A program made the position numbers and the translations under genes. A DNA stretch of 63,373 nt, the filler included, from Intoshia linei (lineage: Eukaryota > Animalia > Orthonectida): assembly GCA_001642005.1 (NCBI GenBank). It is 7 parts of 7 records of this genome, joined end to end, with 100 filler letters (N's around TTAATTAATTAA, not from the genome) between each part and the next. Parts side by side here need not be neighbours in the genome. Positions count along the whole stretch, not along the records: positions 25,897 to 39,223 come from LWCA01001032.1; 6 more parts are not named here. One strand, given 5' to 3'. Numbering within the stretch: position 1 is the stretch's first letter; each line of letters opens with the position of its first letter. The notes below the pieces were generated by a model, which saw nothing but the letters and a program-made list of their open reading frames with translations, was not told the origin of the DNA and did not search any database. Shown piece after piece: positions 25,797-38,680 of the stretch.

Positions 25797-25896
25797 NNNN
25801 NNNNNNNNNNNNNNNNNNNNNNNNNNNNNNNNNNNNNNNNTTAATTAATTAANNNNNNNNNNNNNNNNNNNNNNNNNNNNNNNNNNNNNNNNNNNN
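25797..25896. other. Assembly gap: 44 N + TTAATTAATTAA + 44 N (same at 39224-39323, 48544-48643, 54354-54453, 58623-58722, 61616-61715)
   Basis: Identical 100-bp structure six times; the 12-mer puts stops in all six frames. Confidence 0.97.
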
Positions 25897-26560
25897 ATGA
25901 AAACAGCCCTAGAATTTCAAAAAATTTACAGGTGGTACAGTTGTATCCTATTAACACACACAAAAAATTTCAATCCGAATAAGTGACAACTTCATGGTCA
26001 AAAAAACATTTTAGTATTCATATATTTTTTAAAACAAAAAATGTGAAATAATTAACGGTGCGAAAATTAAAAAAAAAGATTATTCTGATAGAGCTTATTC
26101 CAGTTGATATAAATACAAAATTTCAACCCCAGAAATTTACGCATTCCCGGTTAAAAATAATTTTTAATATATTATCAACCAATATTTTTCAAATATTTCG
26201 ATTAAAATAAAAATTGAAAATGTAAATATTGATCCTACAGTTTCAAAAAAATGTGCATTGTACGTCTACACATTTCCAATAAAGAAATATGAGTGAAAAT
26301 TTATATAATTCATTCCTTCGGTATTTTTTTCATTACTACGAAATTTTTAAATTTCAAATTCTCATTTTCGAAATATTTTGAATACAAACTTAATTTAAGT
26401 CTTAAATAGAAAATAAACAGCGAAACTAAAACAACTTTGTTAATATCATTTTTATATTTACTACAATCCTTTGCAATATTGGTAAAATTCGACTGAAATG
26501 TTTATAAAGTGAAGATTTGGTTAATTATTGATACATTATACATAATTGGTATTTTTAAGT
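25897..26560 (+). mobile_element. Helitron-family copy abutting the gap
   Basis: Close match to ~7765-8250 (AACAGCCCTAGAATTT, GGTACAGTTGTATCC, GAGCTTATTCCAGTTGATATAAATAC). Confidence 0.75.
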
Positions 26561-26939
26561 ATTTATTAAATTGGTACTATATATATCATCACATTGAAAA
26601 TGACAAAATAGGTTTTTATAATTTTATTTTTTCTGGAATTAATGCTATTTATGACAATTTTTAGGATTGGATTGTTTTTACTTAATTTTTTGTGTGTTAA
26701 CATTTAAAAATAAACTTAAATTTACAAATATTTTATCTAATTACTTAATTGATCACCGCAACGTCGTTTCTTACTTTTTCCAAAAATGGTCTTTAACATC
26801 TTGGTTTGCATTTAAAAATACATCTAGTCCACATGGTACGTCAATAAAATTTAAAAACGATGTGACACCCTAATGTACAGGTACATAGAGGTTCAGCTAA
26901 ACATGTTACTTTCAATAATACTGCTCCAATCAGAACATT

Positions 26940-27560
26940 TTTCAAGATTAAAAATGATTTTACAATAGAAGGACATACCCTTATATAAATTAAACAACAA
27001 AAAATTGAAGGATTTTTTCGCTAGCATGGGAAAAACTTTTGCATCTGAAAATAACTGTCGTGGCAAAGTCGATCAATTATATTTGAGTGAATTTGAAAGA
27101 AATTAAAGAGTGTTGCTTTAATGCATTGATTTTTTTAATGTTGGATGAAACTGACTTAAATGGTATGAAGTACATTCATATTATAGTTGGTACCTTGAAA
27201 AGTCCCCATAATCTAATCTATCTATCTCTTTGATTGTAAAAATATCAATACTAACATGAACGGCCAACTTGTACTGTATACTGTCGACGACACTATTAAA
27301 AGATACAATAAAAAAAATACAATTTATTCCTGACCCATGTGAAATACAACTATATTAGAAAAAAGAATGATATCGAAAAAATTATGTTAGCTATCGATCA
27401 GTCCAAACCTCCTTCATTGTACACCCAATTGAGAAATGGCCCTTCAACTTCTAACGGTGTAGAAAGAAGTTTTAGCACGATGAAGAAATTACTCACAAAA
27501 CAGGAATTTTTTATCTAGTAACGTTAAAAAATATTTAATATGGTACCATAATAAATCTTA
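26940..27560 (+). pseudogene. Degenerate hAT transposase
   Basis: FLMLDETD-like first Asp region and C-terminal GPSTSNGVERSFSTMKKLL dimerisation motif; frameshifted. Confidence 0.7.
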
Positions 27561-28204
27561 ATATTTAATTTTTTAAATTATTTTTAATAGGGGGGACCAA
27601 ATTGAATTTTTAATGTATTTTTTAATTTTATTTTTAATGATTTCAAAGCAAAAAATAGATAATAATATCTACAGGTAAGTTATAAGTGGAAACATCCTCC
27701 GCCGGCACAGCTAATTTCTATTTCTACGCAGTATAAAACGCAATACAAGTCAAGGTGCTAATAACTAATACTTCACTATATTGGCATTGATTCATGTTGC
27801 GTATAGCCAAAATTTGACGTGATTTTTTATTTGCCGAAAACTTTTTTCTATTGTGCCACACCTATATGTCGAACAGAGTATCATGGGCCACTTTGTTGTA
27901 TGTGACTATTAACTATACTGAGGTGGATCAGACTTTATAAGTGATCAACCAATGAACCATGTCGACGATTTGATGAGTAATGAGTCTAATAATTTGCACA
28001 ATCCCGGTAAATGGAAAGATACAAGTTACTAATGAAAACATACATAAGGCATATACTATACACATATAACAATGATCAATAAAGATAATAACTTTAACAG
28101 TATAATAATATTTGATAAAAAAATAAATAATATCCTAAACTTGTAACTTGCAAATATTCCAATGTATGAGAAAGAAATAATTTTTACTTTAACTGTAAAC
28201 ATTC

Positions 28205-28659
28205 CTATTCTCCGCCATTATACTTGAACTCCATTAATAAATGTGGAGAAATACAATTTAATTTTTCGTACAAAACTTCAGTTTCAATGTATTTTGGTTT
28301 GAATTTAATGAAATGTTCATAATAGAAATGTTCAAGGTAATCGTAAAAATCTGAATCATTAACCCGTATAAAGTACCACATTGTACCATATTGCATTGGC
28401 CTACCTAAGCACAACATATTAGGTCCTTTCATGAGAACAAAATTTTCATTCCAGTTAAATTCAATGCTTTTAAAATATGACATTACAGCCGTAGCGGTAA
28501 AAGCAATTTTCTAAATTTAAAATATGAAATTAAAACTAAAAGTTAATACATACTGTTGATGTGATTTCTACATCATATTCGGTCGTCAATTCCCAACTAT
28601 CGATAAATGTACATCTACAGGAAAAAGCTGGTAAAATCATTTCGACAATATTTAAAATC
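28205..28659 (-). CDS. Unidentified small gene (exons ~28553-28659 and 28205-28510)
   Basis: 92-aa ORF extends upstream in frame across a ~42-nt GT-AG intron; no recognisable domain; start not found. Confidence 0.4.
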
Positions 28660-29359
28660 TATAATTTAAATTTTAAAATGCAATACAAATAACTTGTAAT
28701 ATTGAATCTTTCTTTACTGCAATACTTTAAATTTTGATTAAACTTGTTTTATGTAATAAGATGCGATTCAACTTAAAAATTATAATTTATACTAATTTAC
28801 CTGTATTCAAGTGGTCGTTTTAATTTTGATGAAATTTAAAGTTCATTGATCAAGAGTTGTTTTAATTATTAATTAATGTACAATGAAATTGATAATACTT
28901 TTTTTGATTTCGTTTTTGGTGGCTTAAAATTTAAAATATAAATTTAATACATTTAATAATAATGGTGCGTTGTTGACAATTTAATTTTAAATTTGTTATA
29001 GATTAATTTTTAAATATTTATATGGTTATATATTGTTGATATTGTAAGTAAATATATTACGACTTTCTGAAATTTATCGTAACTGATAGTGTATTGAATA
29101 AATGCAACTCGATATCATTTACTTGGATATTATCAATATGTTCATACATGTATGCTTGTGACAAGAATGTTTCAGGGTGCATATTTTTATTTTTTAGACT
29201 ACGTTCTAATTCATTTATTTTTGATTCAAACCAAATTTCAAATCATCATGTTCAACTTTTTAAAAATGTCTTTTTAGTATAAATAAGATTTTAACTCTGG
29301 TGCACTTTTACAGAGTTTATATTATTTAATTTTAACCAAATACTATATACTTAGTACAG

Positions 29360-29724
29360 TAGGGTGTCACACCCATCAAAAAATTAAGGGGGATTAGTGC
29401 GGAAATGGTGTATTATCATGATATATAAAATAATCTAGAATAAGGTATTGCAAAGATGCCGATTCGAGTTGCGCTCATCATTTAAATATCCTTTTGAAAA
29501 TTTAAATTTTATTTTATTTTTTGCAAATTCGGTTATTTGAAATGGTATTTTGAAAACGTCTATAAACATTATTTACATAAGGATATTTAAAATGATGAGC
29601 GCAACACGTATAAGTATCATTAGATATTTTTAATTGCGACATAGTGCTTCTATTTTAAAAATACATACATTGATTACTAATCGTCCATTAAATTCTAAAA
29701 ATTTAAAAAAAATGTGACACCCTA
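29360..29724. mobile_element. hATm-type MITE with an internal inverted repeat
   Basis: TIR TAGGGTGTCACA / TGTGACACCCTA, perfect TSD TAGTACAG; internal IR GTTGCGCTCATCATTTAAATATCCTT ... AAGGATATTTAAAATGATGAGCGCAAC. Confidence 0.92.
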
Positions 29725-29854
29725 TAGTACAGTGCCTGTTTTTAAAATTACTTTTAAATTAATAAACTTGTTGACATGTGATACTTAGATGAGGGTTAAC
29801 CAAACTCTTTTATATTCGTCGAAAATGTTTAAAATAATAGCATCGTTTATTTAG

Positions 29855-32800
29855 TGCTTAAAATGTCCGCATGGTGCCAATTGCGAATCTCGAATTCAAG
29901 CTTCAAGGAATTATTGGGGAGACGAGTTCAATGGAAGATTGTATTTCTATAAATGCCCCGCTGGTTATTGGTATTTTTTTTGTTATTATCAATATATATA
30001 TAATATAATAGTAAATATAATTGACATTGGAACGTACATTGTACAATCCATTTATGGTTGTTAACATGATTTATATAGCACATACTTAACTTAATACCAT
30101 ACATTTTTCTGTTACCTAATATACATATAATTACACAAATTAAAATAATTAAAATACAATTGTATTGAAATTTTAGTTTGAAACGCTTATACACGTACTT
30201 TTAACAATTTGTGTATATTTATAAAACTAAGTGAATTTCTACGTACTACTTAGTAAATATATAGGGTTAATTTGTAAAATGTAATTTTTTGAAGTAAAAT
30301 TTCAATTTTCTTAAAATTTGAAGGGCCCTATTTATTAAGATTAAATTTTCTATGGTTATTCATTTTTTTAGTTGCTCTGAGAAAAACTGGTCAAGATTAC
30401 AGCTTGTCTATATTTCAATACTACTGTAGACTTGAATGAATTTAGATTAGATCATGGGTTCTTAACCTTTTTCCACTTGGCACCCCAAAAATTTAATAAA
30501 CTTAATTTCTATTTTTTTTAATCTTAAAACCATAATAACAAAAAATTATATACTTCGATTTGTCTAGTTCCATCTTCTATTCAAAAGACCAATAATTAAT
30601 AAGAACAAATAGTATAATTATACTAATGTTTTCTTTGTTGTTGTTTATTTTCAATTATTTCTAAAAACCAAGGAATTTTGTTACTCAATGCAATTCTTAG
30701 GTCGTGAGATGCATTAAGTCGGTTTTTGTATTTGTGTTTGAGATATAATAAACTAGAAAATCCTTTTTCACACAAATATGTAGTGAAAAATGAAATAAGG
30801 ACATTTAATGCCTTGGTAGATAGATTAGGATAAGTGGACAATTGTGAACTCCAAAATAATTGCAAACATTGGTCATCGAATTTCATTTTAATCAAAGAAT
30901 TATTCTTTAAATCAATTAAATCTTCCATCAATGTATCATCTGTTAAATGATTTAATTTAAATAAAAATGGATCATGTATCCAAAAATCGCAATTGTTTCA
31001 TCTAAGCTAGGAAACCTAGATACGTTTTCATGTTTAATATTGTCTTCCCACAATGATATTTTATCTTTAAATGCATTTAGCTTCTCATACGCCAATATAT
31101 ATATAATTTATATAACTATAAAGTATTCTGTGTGCTGCATTGAATTATGACATAATAATGTACTGATACATTGAATTTAAATGAACTAACACACTTTTAT
31201 ATCAATGGATACAAATGAAATTAACTTTATTTTTGAATCTTCATGCAATTTCAAAAAATATAGCTGCAAAATGATTTTCTTTCAAAAATATTTCTGGCAC
31301 CCCCGGTTAAGAACCCATGGATTAGATTAAAAAGTTAAGATGGCTTAGTAACGTATAGAGGTCACCAATAAAGTTTATATTATGCTAATTTATGCTAATA
31401 TTTTTAAATTGTTTTTTTTCAATTAATGGTAGAGTTTAAACGGTTTTTATAAAAAGTAGTAATATTTGTGTTTATTTTTACCGTATTTTTAAATGATGAC
31501 AACTGTTTTATCAAAATTTAAAAAAATTGAAAATAATAAAAATGTATAAAAAATGTTTAATATAAATACTAAAGACTTAAATATATTTTAAGTCTAATTT
31601 CACCGCAATAATCGCGTAACAATTTCGCCTTTTACTAAATTATTCCGTGCGGAGGAATTTTATAATGACGTATTATATACATTTTTAAGGTTGTGAAAAC
31701 AACCAAGTTGAATTTAAAATAGATAATTTTTGTGAACAGTTATCTCGATAACTGTACGATATATAAAACAATACTTTACCGTTATTATCATTTAAAAAAT
31801 TAATATTTTCCAAAACCTAAACGGCCGCTACATTATTTTTTCAAAAATTCCACTTTTTTTTCTACGTTAATACAAATTTTATAAAAAATACGATATTGAA
31901 TTGAAATTGAAACATTGCATTAAAAGATCAGGAAAATTTGCTTTTACCACAATATTTATTTTAAATGCACTTATAATAATTCAACCCAAAATAAAAAATT
32001 GAATTTTACCCAACCCTTAAGAGAAAAACCATTTTTTATAAAAACACGATTTTACCAAATCTTATGACAAAAAACCTCTTATTCAAACCCAAAATAAAAT
32101 TTTACCAATCCTTGAGTGAACAATGCCCTTTTATCTATATTCATTAGAAAAATCTAATTTTACCAAACCCTTCGAACATAAGATAAATTTATTTTCTAGA
32201 AAATCTGTAATTTAATTATTTATTTTATTATTTAATTTAATTAATACTAGTTGACTGTTATGTACTACGTACCAACAGCATCTAGTAATTACTATAACGG
32301 AAAAAACCACTCAATCCAATCATGTCAAATGCCGCGACTTCGTTTATGTCAGTGGTTCCCGATTCAAATAAAGTACGGCCCCCATTTCAAAATATACATT
32401 TTTTAATACTCAATTTGTGAAAATGAGGACATTTATCAAAAATTAAAAAGCCACCGAAGAGGGTTACGGTATTGATCACTGATCGCTAATTTTTCTATTT
32501 TACCGACTATTGGATTATAGGTAATTTGTTTTTTTAAGCATGCCTTTAAATAATTATAGAGTGTATCATAAATACTGATCCAGAGACTATTTCTCAAAGG
32601 TTTCTGCAATACGATCAAATCATGATTCGCCATGATTTGATCTAAAATTCGAGTTGACTAGATTTGGAATTACTATTCTATCGGATTAAATTTAAAATGT
32701 CAAATTATAGTAAATTAATTTGATTATTTTTAGTTGCCAGCATGCAAAATGTCCAATTCAAACATGCAATGCACACAGAGATGGAGTACTATGCGAAAAA

Positions 32801-34237
32801 TGTCAAACTGGTTATTCTGAAGCAATGTTTTCAAAAAAATGTATATTAAACGAGGATTGTTTGAAGTTTGTCAATTTATTGATAATTATAATCCTATCTG
32901 GCATATTGTACACTATTCTATTAATGTATCAAGAAGAAATTAGAAACTTTCTGTTCGCTCATGACAAAGTATCAAAATGGATAATTTCAAATACCAAAAA
33001 AACCCATTACAAAAATACAAATAAAATCAACCCTGACAAAGAAAATGTCCAAAATAAAAACGTAAAAATCTACTCCAATGTGATGTTGACACTGTTATAC
33101 TATTTTCAAGACGCAAAATTGATTGTAATAGATTCAATTTACCCACAAGAATTTAACAATGATCATACCGTACTAATAGATAAAATAATCACAGACTTGT
33201 TTCGTTTCAGAGTGGAACCATTCATTTTTTTCCGACAATTCTGTTTCATTAGAAATGTGACGCATTACCAAAAAATTTTAATAATCTCCTCTGTCATACC
33301 CTACGTTTACATAATATTTGGATTTTTGTTCGTTATAATGCATATTTTGGAATTCATCTGTGTAAAAAAAATATTAAACATTGAAAACTCTCAAAAGTGG
33401 AAAAATAAAATAATACTGTTCAAAACTAGAATTATTGGAGGATTAGTAATGGCAGTCTTGTTAAATTATCAAAATTTAACTCAATATTGCTTAACACTAT
33501 TGAAATGCCTGCCAATGAAAGGCTCCTGGGTCCTACACGTTCAAAGCTCTATAAAATGCTACACAACAGGACAATATGTTTTAATTATTTTTGCGGTGTT
33601 CTGTTTAATTCCATTTTTTATTGTGCTCTTGTACGGAACAATATTATTAAAAAATGATCAAATTGGAACTTTTCAATTAATTGTCGCATTCCTTTTACCT
33701 GCACCAAGTATAGGGTATTGGATTTTACAAAAAAAATTTTGTAACGCCAAAATATTACACAAGAATAATGTAAAAACACTTTTATCCAACAAAATTGTAA
33801 ACGTCCTAGAAGGACCTTTCCGAGAAACCAAACTACCCATTCTAGGAACTGTTTGCCCTCACGGAATTCTCTTTTTCAGAAGATTTTTAATTGTAGTATT
33901 TTTCACTTCCATCATAAACCCTCTCAGCAGAACAGTTTCACTTTTCATAGTGTTATTATTATTTCTCATTCAACACATATATTCTAAACCGTACAAGGAT
34001 AACTATGGTAATTTTTATGGAACTCTGACCTCTACATTTCTGGTGTGTATCAATGCGATAAATATTGCTAAAGCCGCATTTGAAATTTCAGAAAATACCT
34101 CCAAATTAGATGGATTTATAAATGTAATTAGATATGTAGAATACTCTTTAATTTCTTTCACCTCAGCCATTGTTGCTGTCATTATTATTGTTTTATTTGT
34201 ATACCGATTGATTTATAAAATTTTTCAATTGTTTTAG
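29855..34237 (+). CDS. Cys-rich ectodomain plus ~10-TM membrane protein (exons 29855-29970, 32734-34237; possible upstream exon ~29090-29270)
   Basis: In-frame splice gives CLKCPHGANC..IQASRNYWG..FYKCPAGYCC..C..C.AHRDGVLCEKCQTGYSEAMFSKKC, then ~10 hydrophobic helices with RR..H..KPY..N motifs. Confidence 0.85.
30453..31319 (-). mobile_element. Internally deleted Buster/Charlie (ZBED5/SCAND3-like) hAT transposon
   Basis: Perfect 15-bp TIR CATGGGTTCTTAACC, perfect TSD GATTAGAT (nnnTAnnn); ORF 30623-30931 with TTYLCEKGFSSL...RLNASHDLRIALS. Confidence 0.95.
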
Positions 34238-34265
34238 AAAGTGATTTATAAATTTATTTACATTT

Positions 34266-36130
34266 TTATACATGGAATGGTTCATTAAATAATAGATATG
34301 ATTCGATGGTTATCAGGTGGTTTAGTAGTTTTATTTTTGAAATTTCATATCTAAATGAATTCAATTACAATACTCTATTAACACGCGACACATGACTCCA
34401 TAAATAAACCTTTAAAATTACTTTTTAACCAACAAATCAAGCGTTTTAAGTTTATCAACTTCAATTCCAGACAATCCCTTTCTAATTGATTTAATTTCTT
34501 TTTCATCTGGAACTTGATCAATTTGTCTTAGTTTTAATCGTGATATATATTTTTCAATTTTTTCAGCTTTTTCAATAGTATATCTAAATTAAATGGCCAT
34601 ATATCGCTAAACTTTAAAAGTTGACATATTAAATAGATTAACGGTGAAAGTATATAATATATTATACATATATTTAAGTATCTAGGAAAATTAATCTATA
34701 CATTCAATAACGGTTATTGTTAAAATCAATTAAAAAATAAAATGTTATGATAAATAGTACATGATAATAATAGTAATAAAATGATAAATAAAATGATAAA
34801 TAAAATGACCTCATTTCTTCTTTTTTCTGGTTAATTTTGACAAAGAGATTATATAAATTCTAAAAATAATAAATAAAACCAAAAAGATTAGAGTTAGATT
34901 ACCGGATTTATATATTTTATATTAAATTTTTATTTTATTGTCAGTTCAATTTTGACTCTAATATGCTAGTTAAAGAATTAAAATTACCGTTAAAATCAGA
35001 CATTTGATTTTTTGAATCAAATAATACGAATCAACATAATACACAGGTCCAATTTTTTTAGATTCAGTATCATAATTCTAAAAAATTTATAAAAAAATAC
35101 AATAAATTGTATTAAAAATAAACCTCAAAAAGCACATAATTTTTACAAAATAATTTATTTAGATTAAGTTGAGCAAATTGAGTTTTCATGAGAAGTTTTT
35201 TACCAATCTAAATAACAATCAAATATATTTTTGCAATAAAATTTTACTGATTTTGCTGTTAAAAATGGATTAAAATAGACACAGTCCATTACACGTTTAC
35301 AATCAATATCAAATCTAAATTTTAATTACATATAAATAAAATTGTTAATTTAACTTGAAATTAACAATATCCGTGAAATGTTGGTAAAATGAATTTAAAA
35401 AATATTTTCCTTGGTCTAAATTTTAAAATATATAAAACAAAAAACTATAAATAGTATTTTTAAATTATTAAAATTCTATTTATAGTAATATCATTACTAT
35501 AAATTCTTAAAAACGTATTACTATTATTCTAAACGTTTCCCTTATAAATTCACTTTTAGTTATACCCCTCATTGAAAATCCATCATTACACATCAGCTCA
35601 GTTACCAATTGCACCCGGGATTAGATTGGTTTTATAAATGGATTTATTCGTTTTTTAGATGTGATATTTTAGATTTTGTATCACAATCATAGCATAAAAG
35701 TCATAATCTATGAAGTTCTTAATTGTTATCAAGGCATAAGGTGGAAGATCGACTGAATCATATCATTTTGTCAACCCTTACAGACTACTTTATCAACTTT
35801 ACATTCATATCTTAACCCAATGTTGGATATTATTTATTTTTTAATTGTTCAACAATTTTTTTCGAAAAATCCTAAAAATTCCAGGAATTGTGTCCCAGTA
35901 TTTTGTCCAGGGCACAATCACTACTTAGAACCCCATTTTAAGTATCGAATAAATCCAATTACCAATACAATATGTTCCATTATTAACAGAATTGATTTTA
36001 ACAAAATATTCCTAAAATAAACATTAGACAAAAATTAATACCATTTTACAAATTTATCGGATAACTCTTCAGTTATCTCTGAAATATCATCAATAGTACA
36101 AGCGCAACTCTTTTTTAAATATTTATAAAT
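34266..36130 (-). CDS. POLR3C: RNA polymerase III subunit RPC3/RPC62, divergent; 3' exons
   Basis: Spliced exons EYFVKINSVNNGTYCI, FDIDCKRVM, LNKLFCKNYVLFE, YTIEKAEKIEKYI, KYEISKIKLLNHLITIESY follow the order of the RPC62 C-terminal half as I recall it; low identity; 5' exons not resolved. Confidence 0.6.
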
Positions 36131-36199
36131 CTAAAAATGAGATAATATATAATAATACATGATAATTAAGAGATTGGTAATGATACGCGACAGCGTGAA

Positions 36200-36707
36200 A
36201 GAACCCAGATAAATCTCTCTCAGCTAAAAATTTTAGACCCTTGCTCATAAATTCAAAATTTCACTTTGAAGAGGGTTCATTCTGAAGACAGATGTGAATC
36301 ATGGTTCATAATTCATTGATCTTAAAACTTTTCAAAATCATTTCAGATTTTAAAAAAAAATTATCACATATCTGTTTCCCAAATAATGTTTACAAGACAG
36401 TCATTTTTTTATCACTAATTTCAAAAATTTGGTAAATTTTTGATATTATTAATCTGTACGACACTACTAAGCTGAATCTATAGTCCAATGGGCAAAACTT
36501 TTTAATGTTTGATGAAATTAGAAACATGTCATCAAATACAGATTCTATGTTCATTTTACCATTCATTTTGTTATTGATAATGTTCGATATGAATAGGGTG
36601 GTTTTTAGGTTTTTAAAAATATCAATAAAATACAAATTTTACAGGGTGTTGGAAATAATTGATCTGGCTAAATAGGTTCTAAATTTAAAAAAAATTAAGA
36701 AACACTG
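36200..36707 (-). mobile_element. Buster-derived hAT element, same family as 56026-56520
   Basis: Shared end sequence TTAGCCAGATCAATTATTTCCA and AAATGAACATAGAA.CTGTATTTGATGA. Confidence 0.65.
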
Positions 36708-36852
36708 GTATAGTGTATCAATTTTTTACATTTAAAATAACAGAATAATATGTAGACAAAAAAAAGTGATTGAGTTGCTAGTTCCCTAACGTCAATTCAT
36801 AATATGTGCAGTGAATGATGCATTCACGTAATTTATGCCAAATTATCTAGAC

Positions 36853-37536
36853 CAGTGTTTCCCAAATCACATAATTTTATAAAAAAATCTCCTTAAACTT
36901 GAACACGTCACTAATGTAATATTTATTTTTTTCAATTATATATTTCTCCTTAAATCAAATAATTTACATTAATTTTGACATGGTAGTTTCAATAGCTTAA
37001 TTAAAAAAATTATTAATTTCAAACATACTTATGGTGAAATACCAGTACCAAATCTACCGTATGTGAGATCTTTTCACCGAGGGATCTCGACGAAATTTTT
37101 TTTAAAATAGTGGCTTTAATTTATAAATTAAGCATTAAAAAAATTCTTGAATATCAACTAATTTGAGTGTTAGATTTAAAATGTCAACTCAAGAGTCTTA
37201 AAAAGATAGATAGGATGATATGACATTATAATTAGTTTACAAAATTTTTTAAGGGCTATTTTTTATTTTAGGAGTGGCCACGAGCTTGCTAGGTTCGATT
37301 CCGGGAACCACTATCGAACTAAGTTAAACAATTACATAGATTAAATTTAACGCACGTGAAAATTATTCACGTCATTCAGTAAATTTTCACTTCATTTTAA
37401 TTAAATGATGTTTACGTACACCAATATTAATAATAAACGATTGATAATTAATAATATTCTAATTGAATATTATTGTTAAATAAAAGGTTTTCATTTTATT
37501 TAAAATTTTTCTTGTGGACCACTTTGGGAACCACTG
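36853..37536. mobile_element. Charlie-type hAT MITE with a nested repeat
   Basis: CAGTGTTTCCCAAA ... TTTGGGAACCACTG; TSD ATCTAGAC/GTCTAGAC. Confidence 0.85.
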
Positions 37537-37551
37537 GTCTAGACTCTAGAG

Positions 37552-37722
37552 CAGGAATTCTCAACTCTTTTTCAGAAAGGCCAAATTTTATCAATATAAA
37601 ATAATTTAGAATCATCATAGGTCATAATTTTTTATGTTATTGATAAAAAATTTTATAAACAAAGACAAAACATTTTAAAATTATTAAAAATATTCGACAG
37701 AATCACAAATTGAGAATCACTG
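37552..37722. mobile_element. Charlie-type hAT MITE
   Basis: CAGGAATTCTCAA ... TTGAGAATCACTG; TSD CTCTAGAG/CTCTAGAA. Confidence 0.85.
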
Positions 37723-38261
37723 CTCTAGAATTAGGTGTATTTGGGTGGGCTAGTTTTATTCATTATTGTAACAAAATTGCGAAACAAATGTATTCAAATT
37801 CTTGATTAAAAAATTTCAAAGGAAAATGAAAAAAAGTTGAAAATCGGTGATTTCGTTAATTAAATTACATCGTTGACTGAAACTGGATTCGTGTGGCTTT
37901 TAAATTCATTTTTATTATTAAATAAAATTGTTTCAATTATTCCAGTGGTAATCTAATAAGTTTAGATTAATATAAATAAAGATTCAACATTTTATATAAA
38001 TTAGCATTGCCAATTCACTTTGATAAAAATTAATAATATCACATTAAATGTTTTGTTTCGCTCACGTTATTTAATTATTCATGGTTTTATTTAAACATGA
38101 TTGAGTAGTATACCTATACTACTTTCCGATTATTTATAGATTTGTTAAAATGTTAAACATTTTGTTATTTTTTAACAATGTCATTGATAAGTTGATGCCA
38201 TTATGGCCAAGTACAAAGATTATCCGTGGAATATCCCGGAAAGGGCGGAAAATTATCTGTA

Positions 38262-38680
38262 AGAGTAATATAGATTCCAAAAATATCATTTCGACTGATG
38301 AAAAAAAATTCAATCTAAATGGTCCCGATTACTACAATTATTACTGACATGACTTACGCCATGAATTGCCAAAAAGGGTCAGTAGAAGATTTGGTGAAGG
38401 TGGTGTTATGATATGGGGAACTTTCTCAAGTGGTGGTATAAAATGTGTTGTCAAAGTAGATGATAATATAAACTCTATCAAGTACCAAACAGTTATAGAG
38501 CATAACCTCATACCTCTCCTTCCTCACAACGAAAATTTAAGAAAAAATTTGATCTATCAACAAGATAATGCGAGTTGTCACAAATCTAGGTCGACAAAAT
38601 TATTTTTAAAGGATCATTTTTTTAATATTATGGACTGGCATGCTGTGTCTTCAGATCTCAACCCTATAGACAAATACACT
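38262..38680 (+). pseudogene. Tc1/Tc3-like transposase remnant
   Basis: STDEKKFNLNGPD, GGVMIWG, YQQDNASCH, SDLNPI; in-frame stop. Confidence 0.9.

Noticed and set aside
25841-25852. Recurring TTAATTAATTAA motif as a biological repeat
   Set aside because: Always centred in 44+44 Ns; artificial six-frame-stop scaffold spacer
27700-28030. Possible retroelement integrase remnant
   Set aside because: Only faint AHD..H.GV similarity with multiple stops; insufficient
31981-32180. CRISPR array
   Set aside because: Repeats are short and degenerate, spacing is uneven, no cas genes, eukaryotic intron context
37272-37315. tRNA gene (contains GGTTCGATTCC)
   Set aside because: T-stem pairs poorly, no D or anticodon arm; lies in an interspersed repeat
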